From Octopus bimaculoides (Eukaryota): a DNA stretch of 32,635 bases. A program made the translations under genes and the position numbers. The notes under the pieces were generated by a model. That model did no database searches. It saw only the letters and a program-made list of their open reading frames with translations, and was not told the DNA's origin. Positions 1 to 10,484 of the stretch are shown here, piece by piece. The number at the start of each line of letters is the position of its first letter. Position 1 is the first letter of the stretch. The stretch lies in the NCBI RefSeq assembly GCF_001194135.2, contig NC_068990.1:34540935-34573569 (forward strand). The letters are read 5' to 3'.

Positions 1-80
1 AAGTCCTGGGGTCGATTTGCTCGACTAAAGGCGGTGCTCCAGCATGGCCGCAGTTAAAAGACTGAAACAAGTAACAGAGT
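1..80 (+). mobile_element. 3' end of octopod CORE-type tRNA-SINE (OR-like family)
   Basis: AAGTCCTGGGGTCGATTTGCTCGACTAAAGGCGGTGCTCCAGCATGGCCGCAGT..ACTGAAACAAGTAA recurs at 9322-9515(-), 9793-10010(-), 21668-21775(+) and 25631-25744(-). Family name is from recall. Confidence 0.85.
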
Positions 81-290
81 ATCTATCTATCTACATATCT
101 GTAAGTTTGTATGTATGTATGTATGTATGTATGTATGTATGTATGTATCTATCTATCTATCTGCTTAACTATGTACGTTTGTATGCATGTATGTATGCGT
201 GTATGTTTGTATGTATGTATCTGTCTGTCTTTCTATCTGTTTATCAGTCTGTCTGCCTGCCTGTGTGTCTGTCTGTGTGTATGTATGTAT
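81..290. repeat. Compound (TATC)n/(TATG)n/(TGTC)n microsatellite
   Basis: Directly visible tetranucleotide runs. Confidence 0.95.
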
Positions 291-380
291 GTATTCTCAT
301 CCACCGATCTCACGCTCTTCATTTTCTTTCCTTTTCACTGTCTACCTCTGTCTACTTTACACGTACAAACACTTAAATAC

Positions 381-383
381 CCC

Positions 384-444
<61 letters not shown>

Positions 445-495
445 GTACGCACGCACGTACGCATGCACACACGCACGCACGCACGCACGCGCAGA
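381..495. repeat. (CT)n-(CA)n-(CGCA)n compound microsatellite
   Basis: Directly visible. Confidence 0.95.
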
Positions 496-649
496 CACAC
501 CAATCTAATCAAAGTTTAAAAACCGAAAACAACATTAAAAGACCAAACTGTGTTAATTAGTAGAAATTCTAAGTGGCGCCTTAGTTTGCTTCTTTTTATT
601 TGCTTGTTTGTTCTTTTTTTCTTTATCTTTTGTTTAGGAAACTTCTGTT

Positions 650-722
650 AATGATGATAACGACGTCGGCGGGCATGGCGATGATGAAGATGATGAAGAT
701 GATGATGATGATGATGATATCT
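650..722. repeat. Degenerate (GAT)n microsatellite
   Basis: gatgatgaagatgatgaagatgatgatgatgatgatgat; this explains the poly-His in ORF 648-836(-). Confidence 0.9.
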
Positions 723-811
723 GAATGAGGAATGAAAACATCTGATACTCCTCCCCCCACCTCCTCTCCCTTTCCCACTCACTATTTTTCCTTCACAATT
801 GTGCAAGATGA

Positions 812-866
812 GGTCACGTGACCGTGGACTTACCATGGATTGGGATCTATTACGTCATTCCCCAAT
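812..866. promoter_or_regulatory. Motif cluster: palindromic E-box GGTCACGTGACC, minus-strand ATG|GTAAGT, TTACGTCA bZIP site, CCAAT
   Basis: 12-bp perfect palindrome 812-823; ACTTAC-CAT 828-836; TTACGTCA 850-857; CCAAT 862-866. The motifs are seen; function is not shown. Confidence 0.25.
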
Positions 867-1011
867 CATCAAGTCACACTGACATTTCTCGTAATTATTG
901 ATTTATCGATCTACTATATTGATTCATTAATATATATTTATATATTTTAATTTCGTTTGATTCATTCCTATTCTTGTATACTCATTGTCAAAACTCTGGC
1001 AACGCATCTCG

Positions 1012-1071
<60 letters not shown>

Positions 1072-1084
1072 GCTATTGTTATTG

Positions 1085-1122
<38 letters not shown>
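1012..1122. repeat. (ATT)n microsatellite running into an assembly gap
   Basis: Directly visible. Confidence 0.95.
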
Positions 1123-2035
1123 NNNNNNNNNNNNNNNNNNNNNNNNNNNNNNNNNNNNNNNNNNNNNNNNNNNNNNNNNNNNNNNNNNNNNNNNNNNNNN
1201 NNNNNNNNNNNNNNNNNNNNNNNNNNNNNNNNNNNNNNNNNNNNNNNNNNNNNNNNNNNNNNNNNNNNNNNNNNNNNNNNNNNNNNNNNNNNNNNNNNNN
1301 NNNNNNNNNNNNNNNNNNNNNNNNNNNNNNNNNNNNNNNNNNNNNNNNNNNNNNNNNNNNNNNNNNNNNNNNNNNNNNNNNNNNNNNNNNNNNNNNNNNN
1401 NNNNNNNNNNNNNNNNNNNNNNNNNNNNNNNNNNNATATATATATATATATACATACATATATGTATGTATTTCCATATACATATATACGTACATACATA
1501 CAAACAGACATATATATATAAATATATATGCATACACATACACACATATACACTCATACACGTATGCATTTATGTATACACGCATTCACTTGTACACAGA
1601 CACCGATAAACACATACACAAAACACGCTCTTGAATACAGACATATTGGAAGGGTATATATGTGTACTGCAGTGCGTGTTTGTTTGTGTGTGTGTGTGTG
1701 TTACTGCTTGTTTGTTTGTGTTTCTAAGTGTATAATAATCTTCAGCTATGCTACTGAAAGGATAAAGGCTATATTGCATCACACGGTGGGCTTACCTCGG
1801 TTGCACGTGACCGGAGGGAGCGATAAAGTGCAGCCTTGAAAACCACTGGGAATCTAGCCATAGATTTTTATAAACTACTTCATGTTTAACTAATGATCTT
1901 GTTGTTGCTGTTGTGAGGTTTAGTCTGCTAGTAGTATTATTTCTAGTCTATTTACTAATTTATTCATGTATTTGACTGTAAAAGGCTATAAATAATATAA
2001 AGAAGAACAATAGAGAAATATAACAAGAAAAATAA

Positions 2036-2156
2036 ATGATAATAATAACAATAGCAATAATAATAATAATAATGATAATAATAATAATAATAATAATAAT
2101 AATTGTCATGATCATTGCTGCTGCTGTTGTTGTTGTTGTTATTATTATTATTATTA

Positions 2157-2209
<53 letters not shown>

Positions 2210-2225
2210 TTTATTACTATTGCAA
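2036..2225. repeat. (AAT)n ... (ATT)n inverted trinucleotide tract
   Basis: AAT run ~2036-2102, short centre, ATT run ~2138-2225. Confidence 0.9.
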
Positions 2226-2233
2226 TTATTTTT

Positions 2234-2438
2234 AAGGCGGCAAGATGTCACGCCGGGCAAAATCCTTAGCGGTATTTCGTCCGCCATTACATTATGAGTT
2301 CAAACACTGCCGAGGTCGACTTTGCCTTTCATCCTTCTTGGATCGATGAAATAAGTACCCGTTACGCACTGGGGTCGATGTAATCGGCCAGCCCCATCCC
2401 CCAAAATTTCAGGCCTTGTATCTATAGTATAAAGGATT
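2234..2438 (+). mobile_element. tRNA-SINE with Meta-domain-like core (octopod family), near full length
   Basis: Head AAGGCGGC..CGCCGGGCAAAATCCTTAGCGGTATTTCG; B-box-like GAGTTCAAAC; core GTCGACTTTGCCTTTCATCCTT..GATCGATGAAATAAGTACC; (ATT)n tail. Homologues at 10031, 11944, 14027, 17536, 17792 and 29945. Confidence 0.85.
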
Positions 2439-3065
2439 TTTATTATTATTGTTACTATTGTTATTAACGTTTTTAAATTGTGTTACTAATAATAAAATAT
2501 TGAAAACAAGCCGAATTACCACAGTCTTACGATACGTCGGCAATTATGAGGGAAGCTCACATCATCTCACTTACCTCCTTCCCCAGCATACATAACCCAC
2601 ACCTGATATATGTATTACATTATTTAACAACTGGGTTACCTTTAAGAAGCATTTGTTTTTTTTTTTATCTAAATGAAAAAATAATCCTAGAAATTTCAAA
2701 GGAATGTTAATAAACTTTCATCCGTCTGGCAGCCATTTGTAACGATCAGATCAGATGATGTGTCAGATGCTTCACTTTTACAACAGCGACTCCTTCTTGT
2801 GTTCATTTCTTGGTCATTCATTTGCGTTTGACTCTTTTAGTCTTTTTTCCCTTGTTTACCACATTGTGGCCTGTCGCGGTAGCACAAAACATTACATCTA
2901 GAAATACGAGTAACACATCCTGTATAGCAATATCTTTTCCCATAGTATAAACAACTATATAACTGATCTGATAGGAGACAAGAGTTGGGGTACGGTTTTC
3001 CATAACGTAGCGATAAGTTTATTTACGGTAAATTTCGCATAGATCATTGGCTGAAATTCAAATCC

Positions 3066-3756
3066 ATGGCTGAAAGAATAATAAAAGGCACTGTTATAAC
3101 ATCAAATTTAAACTAGATGTAGCATACGCAACAGACCACGGTAATAGGGCAACTGCTCAGTATTTAGGTCCGCTACCAACCGAGAAAATGGTAAGGACTC
3201 GGAGGAAACAAGAACAGCTGAAAGCTGCAAAACGTAGCAAGCACTACCTCCGTAGGGGAATTGTAAGGTGACCTGAACTAGAAGAAGGATTAAAAATATG
3301 AGTTTTAGAACAAAGAAGTTCGGGCTTTTCGGTTTCCACTAAAATGATTATGTATCATTCAAGACTTATTGCAATGAGCAAAGATATCAATGATTTTAAA
3401 GGGTTATCATCATGGTGTTCCAAATTTATGAGGAGACAACCTCTGTATGAGGGCTAGGACAAGAATTGTACCAAAAATATCCCCTGAATACGAAAATCAA
3501 ATAACTAAGTTCCACTGGAATGTCATTAATGCATTAAAAGAAATTAATTTTGAACTTTCACAGATAGCAAATATGGACGAAGTCTCTTTGAAATCTGATG
3601 CACCATAAAACAAGACGGTTAAATCCAAGGGTGCTAAACTGTGACTGTTAAAACATGTGGCAATGAAAAGACACACTACACAGTTGTATTAGAATGCTTC
3701 GCTGACGGCACAAAAACTTCCGCATTTTTTAATTTTCAAAAGAACATTGCCTAAAG
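3066..3756 (+). pseudogene. Decayed pogo-family (POGK-like) transposase, N-terminal half: Brinker-type DBD, CENP-B-type HTH and start of DDE_1
   Basis: My translation: RHCYNIKFKLDVAYATDHGNRATAQYLGPLPTEKMVRTRRKQ..R*PELEEGLKI*VLEQRSSGFSVSTKMI..SSWCSKFMRR / MRARTRI..QIANMDEVSLKSDAP*NKTV / TVKTCGNEKTHYTVVLECFADGTK/PHFLIFKRTLPK. In-frame stops and frameshifts; the two TGA stops sit at expected Trp positions. Confidence 0.88.
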
Positions 3757-4815
3757 TTTCGGGCTCATAGACCCTAAATTGTTAAAAGGAAATTTGGAGA
3801 ACTGAAGACCCAGTTTGCTGTATTTCTTGGAGGCCTAATCAACCAGTTACAGCCTTTAATTTAGATAACTTGGATAGGTTTCTGCCAGTAGAGGCCCAGG
3901 CCATGTCTAACTTAATAGCACCACCTGGTGAAGTCTTTTAGATCGTGATCCACAACTCAGTCAAATATGGGACACCATGGCCTACTCTAGCAAAAAGTTA
4001 TTATTTTTGGAGATATTTGTCCAGAGAACTTTTGGATCTGTTTCCGCTTTGATGTATTTTGGTATAATATTAAAGAGAGCTGGGCCGATTGAGGTAAATT
4101 AGTTGTGTCGTAATGTTGTTGTGTGCCTTGAGTTCGATTTTTGTAGTGGGCTGTTAGCACGGGATACAAGTCTTGGGTGAATTTTAAAATTGATGCCAAC
4201 ATCGTTTGTGTAATATTGATGGAATATTTTCCACATCACAAAAATGATGTAGCGCTCACGACGGCGTTGGAGAGAGTACAGATTGATTCTTTTATTCGAC
4301 TCAATTATCAATGCTTGTCATGCCGTCTATTTTTCTTGTTATTGACCTCTGGAATGCTTCCACTTTCATAAATGAGTTGCTTCGTATGGCGAGACTACAG
4401 TGGGCAATAGTATTCAAGGTGTGGTTCTGCAAAAGTAATGTAGAGAGGGATGATGGCGTGAGCATCTGTAGAGCAGAAAGTTTTTAGAATCCAGGAGCAC
4501 ATCATGCGGGCCAAGTCAACCTTGCTGGTTACGTGGAACTCCAGCTTAGATTGTTATCAACAAGGTCTCTGATGTTGTTGGATGACACTAAGGAGTCGCT
4601 GAGGAAAGGACATAGAGTAGTTTCAGAATATCCTCTTTTCCAAAGTGGATCAAATTAAACTTATCTTCATTTCGAAGCATATTGTTCTTTTCCGCCCATT
4701 TGGACATCAGCAAACAGATCCGACTGAAGGCATGTTCGGTGTCCCATATCGTTTATAGCCTTCTGGAGCTTGAAATAATCTGCAAAGATTTTTAATGTAC
4801 AATGTTTGTTATCGT
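3757..4815 (-). mobile_element. 5'-truncated CR1/L2-like LINE: RT C-terminal half plus 3' UTR, degenerate
   Basis: Minus-strand translation across frameshifts: KHCTLKIFADYFKLQKAIND..CLQSDLFA, EDKFNLIHFGKE, NNLSWSSH, PHLEYYCPL, KVEAFQRSITRKIDGM, INLYSLQRRRERYIIFVMWKI, TSIGPALFNIIPKYIK, NNNFLLE*. The FADD-like motif and LQRRRER are typical of CR1-group ORF2. Confidence 0.88.
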
Positions 4816-4922
4816 AAAAGTGATTGGTCTTCGTCGGCTAGGTCTATCGAAAGACTAAATTTAGAATATCCGCTACATCAGTGTCTCTATACTCGGCCAG
4901 TAGCCCCTGCTAGAAATAGCAG

Positions 4923-4925
<3 letters not shown>

Positions 4926-5005
<80 letters not shown>
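4926..5005. repeat. (TA)n-(TG)n microsatellite
   Basis: Directly visible. Confidence 0.95.
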
Positions 5006-5007
<2 letters not shown>

Positions 5008-5600
5008 CGTGTGTTAATAATCCAGTATCGTCAGGACTAATGGGAAGCCGGATTCATGAGTAATATACTGGGTCACCGGTAGTTCGATTACCTAACAAGT
5101 CTCCACCTCATTTTAGTTTTAAAATACGCTGTAACTCAATACAGATTGCTTAATAAAGAGAAATTGATAATTAAATGAAAATCAACTCAAATTTTAACGA
5201 AGAACCGATACAATAACGTGATTGGTTCCATAGATCTATTTACTTACGTGAGAAAGTTCATTACTGCTCGAATTTAAAGTTACGTAGCGGGAAGTGTGGG
5301 CGTCATCTATATTCGTCTATTGCTCACTAGAAACACCAAGACCTTTGACGCCATTATTAGTTAGATTAGGAATAAAATTGAACATTACTTTCTGTAGTCA
5401 TATTTAGGATCTCTCATTCGCTGTACTCCTAAATATTTACGCTGGCCACAATTTACGTCATCCATATTATTGTCTCGATGCTTTTACAATATTGCAAACA
5501 TTGGCAACGCTGTCTACCATCTCTCACGTTACATTCTTTAAGAAACACCTATGATGGTCTACCAGAGTTAATGGTACGCTGTAGACGCCTCGTTAACAAG

Positions 5601-5670
5601 GGGAGAGAGAGAGGGGAGAGAGAGCGAGGGGAGAGAGAGCGAGAGAGATAGAGAGAGAGAGAGAGAGAGT
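5601..5670. repeat. (GA)n/(GGGAGA) microsatellite
   Basis: Directly visible. Confidence 0.95.
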
Positions 5671-5947
5671 GTGTAATTTAGAATAAAGGGTTCATAAGCT
5701 ATTTTGTATTAAAAAAATAGAAATAATGATTATGGAAGATAAATACAGACAAGATGGAGAGTTGACCTAGATAAATTTTTACAAAAATTGGCGATCAGAT
5801 ATTGAAAATCGAAAAGTTTAAAGAAACGTAAGGAAAAAGACGGAAAGCTTTCTTTAGTAGAAAAGTAGAAAAGAGGCTGATTTGATTGAATAATAAAAAA
5901 ATATAATCATAAAAATAAAATCATACTGATAAAAGAAATGATGATTA

Positions 5948-6016
5948 AAGAGATAATTGTAAAAGATAATTATAAAAGATATAATTATAAAAGAGATAAT
6001 TATAAAAATATATAAT
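5948..6016. repeat. AT-rich minisatellite, ~13-15 bp unit AGAGATAATTATAAA, ~4.5 copies
   Basis: agagataattgtaaa/agataattataaa/agatataattataaa/agagataattataaa. Confidence 0.8.
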
Positions 6017-6424
6017 GCACTATCATATTTGGTTCTAAAGCAATCTCACCGCGTTCAACGGCAGTCATGACACAGATAAATGCGTCTTTCAATATAGCTA
6101 TCAAAACCTCCTTACGGTCTTATTGTCAGAGCTTTCATAAAGTGTTAACCCTTCGTAAATCACCGCACCGTTCTCGTAAGAGACTAACTGTACACCTTCT
6201 TACTTCCTTGTCTCTTATAATCTATACTCTTGTAACAATTCAACCCTCATGTTCTAACACGATTCCAGTTGTTTGACTGCTTCTTCCTCGCCAAACCAGT
6301 AAATAAATTGATGAAGGAAAATGTCCTCTTGCAAAGGACGCATATAGCTCTTTCAGAAAACGTCTGCTTATTAATATTTACATGTGGAACATGTAAAATT
6401 TAAGTGTCCGATCAACAGCAGTGT

Positions 6425-7119
6425 TAATGGTGGAGGTGATAGTTTGGTAGTGGTGTTGATGTAGGCGATTATGGTGTTGTTAGTGGAGGCGGTATTAGTT
6501 GTGTTGATGCTGGCGGTGGTGGTGATGGTGGTGGTGGTGCTGGTATAGTTGGTGGAGATGGTGTTCTAATGGTGATGGTGTTGGTGGTGGTACGGGTGTT
6601 GGGAACGGTGGTGATGCTGGTGGTGGTGGTGATACTGGTGGTGGTGGTGATGCTGGTGGTGGTGGTACTGGTATATTTGGTGGTGCTGATGTTGGAGGTC
6701 ATGGTTTAGTTGGTGGTGTTGGCGTTGGTGGTGATGGTGTTGGAGGTGGTGATGGTGCCGGTGGAGGTGATACTGTTTTAGACGGTATGTGCGCTTGCAA
6801 TTGTGGCAATGATGGTAAGAACGATGATGTTGGTGTTGCAGATGATAGTGTTAGTGATGATGGTGAAGGTTGTAGTGTTGATGAGAGTGATTGTAGTGAT
6901 TATGGTGATGGTGTGGTTGCTGGTGGTATTTGCGTTGGTATTGGCAGTGGTGGTGGTGGTGGTGGTATTAACGATGTCTGCAGATGCGGTGATCATGGTA
7001 GTGACGATGATGCCAGTGGTAATGATGATAGTAGCTGTGGATGTTGTAGCAGTGGTGGTTCCGGTAGTAGCAGGAATTGTAGTGTTAGAGGCGATGGTGG
7101 CAACGCTACTACTACTACA

Positions 7120-7171
<52 letters not shown>

Positions 7172-7253
7172 GTAGTAGTAGTACCCTCACCGCCACTTAC
7201 TACTACTACTACTACTACTATTAATGCTACTGCTGCTGTTGCTGCTGCTGCTG

Positions 7254-7286
<33 letters not shown>

Positions 7287-7385
7287 AACATGTTCCTGCT
7301 GTAATCTACGTGTTCTTGAAATATTCTGTGTTTAGATTTTACGGCCGTCGTTCCTCCTAAGTTACTGCTACTGTTGTTCTTGTAG
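6425..7385. repeat. ~1 kb degenerate period-3 tract (GGT/GAT/AGT, then ACT/GCT)
   Basis: Cryptic trinucleotide simplicity. It generates the Val/Gly/Thr/Leu homopolymer ORFs in several frames on both strands. Confidence 0.9.
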
Positions 7386-7514
7386 TTGGCTACGAACCTG
7401 TCATTATTGTTGCTATTGTTGCAAATACCACAGCCATTCGTTAAGGTTTTTTATTCACATCAGACCTGATAACAGCTACGGCTATCATCATCAATTTTCT
7501 CTTACTCCCTGCAG

Positions 7515-7633
7515 CCTAGCCCAGTTTACAGACATAAAACAGACGTCTTCACTATCCAATCCGAATTATTACAGCCGCCAATTCTGGTTTGACGAAATAA
7601 AATATCAAAGCACTTACGAATTCGTAATTTTCG
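7515..7633 (+). CDS. Weak candidate internal exon (LAQFTDIKQTSSLSNPNYYSRQFWFDEIKYQSTYEFVIF), product unknown
   Basis: Polypyrimidine acceptor TTTTCTCTTACTCCCTGCAG ending 7514; one open frame; possible donor G|GTAACA at 7634. No flanking exons found and no protein recognised. Confidence 0.2.
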
Positions 7634-7894
7634 GTAACACAAAAAAACATTGTGGGTTTATATTTATTGTTTTCTATAGTACATAATCTTAGTTTATGCG
7701 GTGTTTTTCGCCTCAAACGGACAAAGGCACCGCATGTTCTTTATATTTTCCTGGCTATTTTATCAAAGAACGTTGGGATGGGAACGACAAATTCATATTC
7801 TTCCATTTCTGAAAAGAAGGATTTTCTGTAAGCACTATTTAGATAAGTGAATTAATAAAGCAACGCATAAATGTATCTAACACCCCCCCCCACA

Positions 7895-7899
7895 TATAT

Positions 7900-7946
<47 letters not shown>

Positions 7947-8179
7947 CATATCTATATATCTATATATGTACACAATATATAGCATATTGTATATATATAT
8001 ATATATAATATATATATATTTATATACATACATATCCATTATATATATACTTGTTTGTATCTATAAATGCATGTGCATATGTATTCGTTTAAGCATATAT
8101 TTATGTATATACGAATGCATATATATATATATACCTGTATGTATACGTGTGTGTGAGTGTTTGTGTGTGTGTAGCTACA

Positions 8180-8244
<65 letters not shown>

Positions 8245-8245
8245 G
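7895..8245. repeat. (TA)n-rich and (TATC)n microsatellites
   Basis: Directly visible. Confidence 0.9.
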
Positions 8246-8906
8246 TCTGTCTCTTTGTCTGCCTGTCCCACTGTTATGTTCGCTCTCTCCCTCTCCCCTC
8301 TTTCTCTCATATGTAGTTATGTGGTTTCATTAATTCATGTACCTTTATTAATTCAATAAACACACACATAGAGGCTAGCACGAATGTGTGTTAACACAAA
8401 TATAAACGCACACANNNNNNNNNNNNNNNNNNNNNNNNNNNNNNNNNNNNNNNNNNNNNNNNNNNNNNNNNNNNNNNNNNNNNNNNNNNNNNNNNNNNNN
8501 NNNNNNNNNNNNNNNNNNNNNNNNNNNNNNNNNNNNNNNNNNNNNNNNNNNNNNNNNNNNNNNNNNNNNNNNNNNNNNNNNNNNNNNNNNNNNNNNNNNN
8601 NNNNNNNNNNNNNNNNNNNNNNNNNNNNNNNNNNNNNNNNNNNNNNNNNNNNNNNNNNNNNNNNNNNNNNNNNNNNNNNNNNNNNNNNNNNNNNNNNNNN
8701 NNNNNNNNNNNNNNNNNNNNNNNNNNNNNNNNNNNNNNNNNNNNNNNNNNNNNNNNNNNNNNNNNNNNNNNNNNNNNNNNNNNNNNNNNNNCATTGCTTC
8801 TAAAAGCACAATGCATTGCCTAATCTACACCCATCCCACTCTGGAGAAACAACAATAGAATAATATATATATATACACACAACAGAACAAAGCTGATGTG
8901 TGTGTG

Positions 8907-8956
<50 letters not shown>

Positions 8957-9321
8957 CATATAGATAAATAGATACATATAACTATGACTGTATGCATATT
9001 CACACGCATAGGCAGTTGTATGTGCCTATGTGTGTATCTATGTGGGTATCTGTGTATATGCATGTGTATATGTATGTGTGTGTGTAGGGTAGTTTTTCAA
9101 GGAGATGCTGATATCGGAGTCTAGGCAGGTTGTGTTCTTGAATACGTTTTCTCTCTGTTGCTTCTGCTTCTGTTAGTTTATCCAGTTCCATAAACCTTTG
9201 TTAATTCTCGCATTTTCTTCTCTCTCCTCCTACATGCGTGCACACGTACACACACACACACAAATACATTCATACATACGTTTGTATCTGTTTGTGTGTG
9301 TGCGTATGTGTATCTGTGTCT

Positions 9322-9515
9322 GTTTACCTATTTCGGTCCTTGGACTGCGGATATATGCTGCGCACCGCCTTGAAGGGTATTGCCGAACAAACCGCCCCGA
9401 CCCCACAAATACTTATCTGTTATTAAGTCTGGAATTATTGTATCGGTCTCTTTTGAAGCACCTCTAGGTCACCGAGTCGTAAACAAACCAACACCACTCG
9501 TCCTGTGATGGTGGG
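9322..9515 (-). mobile_element. Diverged 3' half of CORE-type SINE
   Basis: Reverse complement aligns with 1-80 and 9793-10010 (GACTGCGG..ATGCTG..CACCGCCTT..ACTTAT..TATCGGTCTCTTTTG). Confidence 0.75.
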
Positions 9516-9564
9516 ATATAAATACTACGACCTACGACATATACATACACATGTGTATAATACG

Positions 9565-9596
<32 letters not shown>

Positions 9597-9792
9597 CATA
9601 TATACATACATACATTCATACGCACATACATAGATGTGTATATATGTGTACGTATGCGCTTGTGTATGCGGATATATATGTATAACATTTTTCTGACATA
9701 ATTTAAATATATACTTTAACCAAGTAACAAAAGCCTTCTGTAGTTTTTTCACTCTTATTATCTTTTATATATATATATATATATATGTAGAT

Positions 9793-10010
9793 TGTCTTTC
9801 TTTTGTTCTTTTATTTGTCTCAGTCATTTGACTGAGGCCATGCTGGGGCACCGCCTTTAGTGGAACAAATCAACCTCAGGACCTAATCTTTGTAAGTGTA
9901 GTCTATCGTTCGCTTTTGCCGAGCCATTAAGTTACAGGGACGTGAACACATCAACATCGGTTGTCAAGCGATAGTAGGGGACAAATACAGACACACAAAC
10001 ACATACATAC
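9793..10010 (-). mobile_element. 3' half of CORE-type SINE
   Basis: TCAGTCATTTGACTGAGGCCATGCTGGGGCACCGCCTTTAGT..CTTTTGCCGAGCCATTAAGTTACAGGGACGTGAACACATCAACATCGGTTGTCAAGCGAT, ending in the internal CA/TA microsatellite. Confidence 0.85.
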
Positions 10011-10030
10011 ATACATACGTACATACATAT

Positions 10031-10083
10031 ACCGCTTAGTATTTCGCCCGGGCGTGCTAGCGTTTCTGCCAGCTCACCGCCTT
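10031..10083 (-). mobile_element. 5' head fragment of the Meta-domain SINE family
   Basis: Reverse complement AAGGCGGTGAGCTGGCAGAAACGCTAGCACGCCCGGGCGAAATACTAAGCGGT matches the heads at 2234, 17536 and 17792. Confidence 0.8.
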
Positions 10084-10210
10084 AACAATGAAACATTATC
10101 GTTCCAAAAACCGTAATACCTTTCTTTTTTTACCTTTCATTACAATCTTTTATTTTTGATAAAATTTTCAAAATGTTTGTTTAAATAAACCCATTTCAAG
10201 AAAGTATCAA

Positions 10211-10246
10211 GCGGGTCGTATGCGGCCCTCAGGTTGGTAAGCCCTG
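10211..10246. mobile_element. Solitary hAT (Charlie-like) terminal sequence
   Basis: Reverse complement CAGGGCTTACCAACCTGAGGGCCGCATACGACCCGC resembles the CAGGG..CCAAC..GGGCCGCAT..GGCCC ends of hAT-Charlie elements (recalled). No partner end found. Confidence 0.45.
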
Positions 10247-10484
10247 CCTTATCCTCTTTGGAAGAAGTGGTAATTTTAGTATATCAAGTATTTATCTTCT
10301 GCGGTATGTAATATAGCCTTTGTTTAAGGTGTATATCTCGTAACTCGCGCAGATGTCGGTCTATATAAACATATCAATAGAGATAGAGAGAGAGAGGGGG
10401 GAGAGAGGAAGAGAGCAAGAGAACGAAAGTATGATTGTCTTTTTCTCTCTCCATTTTCTCTCTCTGTCCATCTGTTTTCTCTTC

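Noticed and set aside
648-836. ORF with poly-His (MVSPRSRDL..HHHHHH)
   Set aside because: The His run is the (GAT)n microsatellite and the rest has no recognisable motif. Only the ATG|GTAAGT junction was kept as a weak finding.
2569-2610. Perfect minus-strand donor AG|GTAAGT with a possible 28-nt microexon
   Set aside because: The upstream acceptor lacks a polypyrimidine tract and no partner exon or peptide is recognisable.
2818-3035. ORF 2818-3003(-) and a TTTACGGTA motif as a possible pogo terminal repeat
   Set aside because: No recognisable protein, and no matching inverted partner for the motif.
6787-7360. Gly/Asp/Cys-rich 145-aa and Val/Met-rich 185-aa ORFs as structural or metal-binding proteins
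   Set aside because: Several frames on both strands are open because of period-3 simple sequence; no splice signals or domain.
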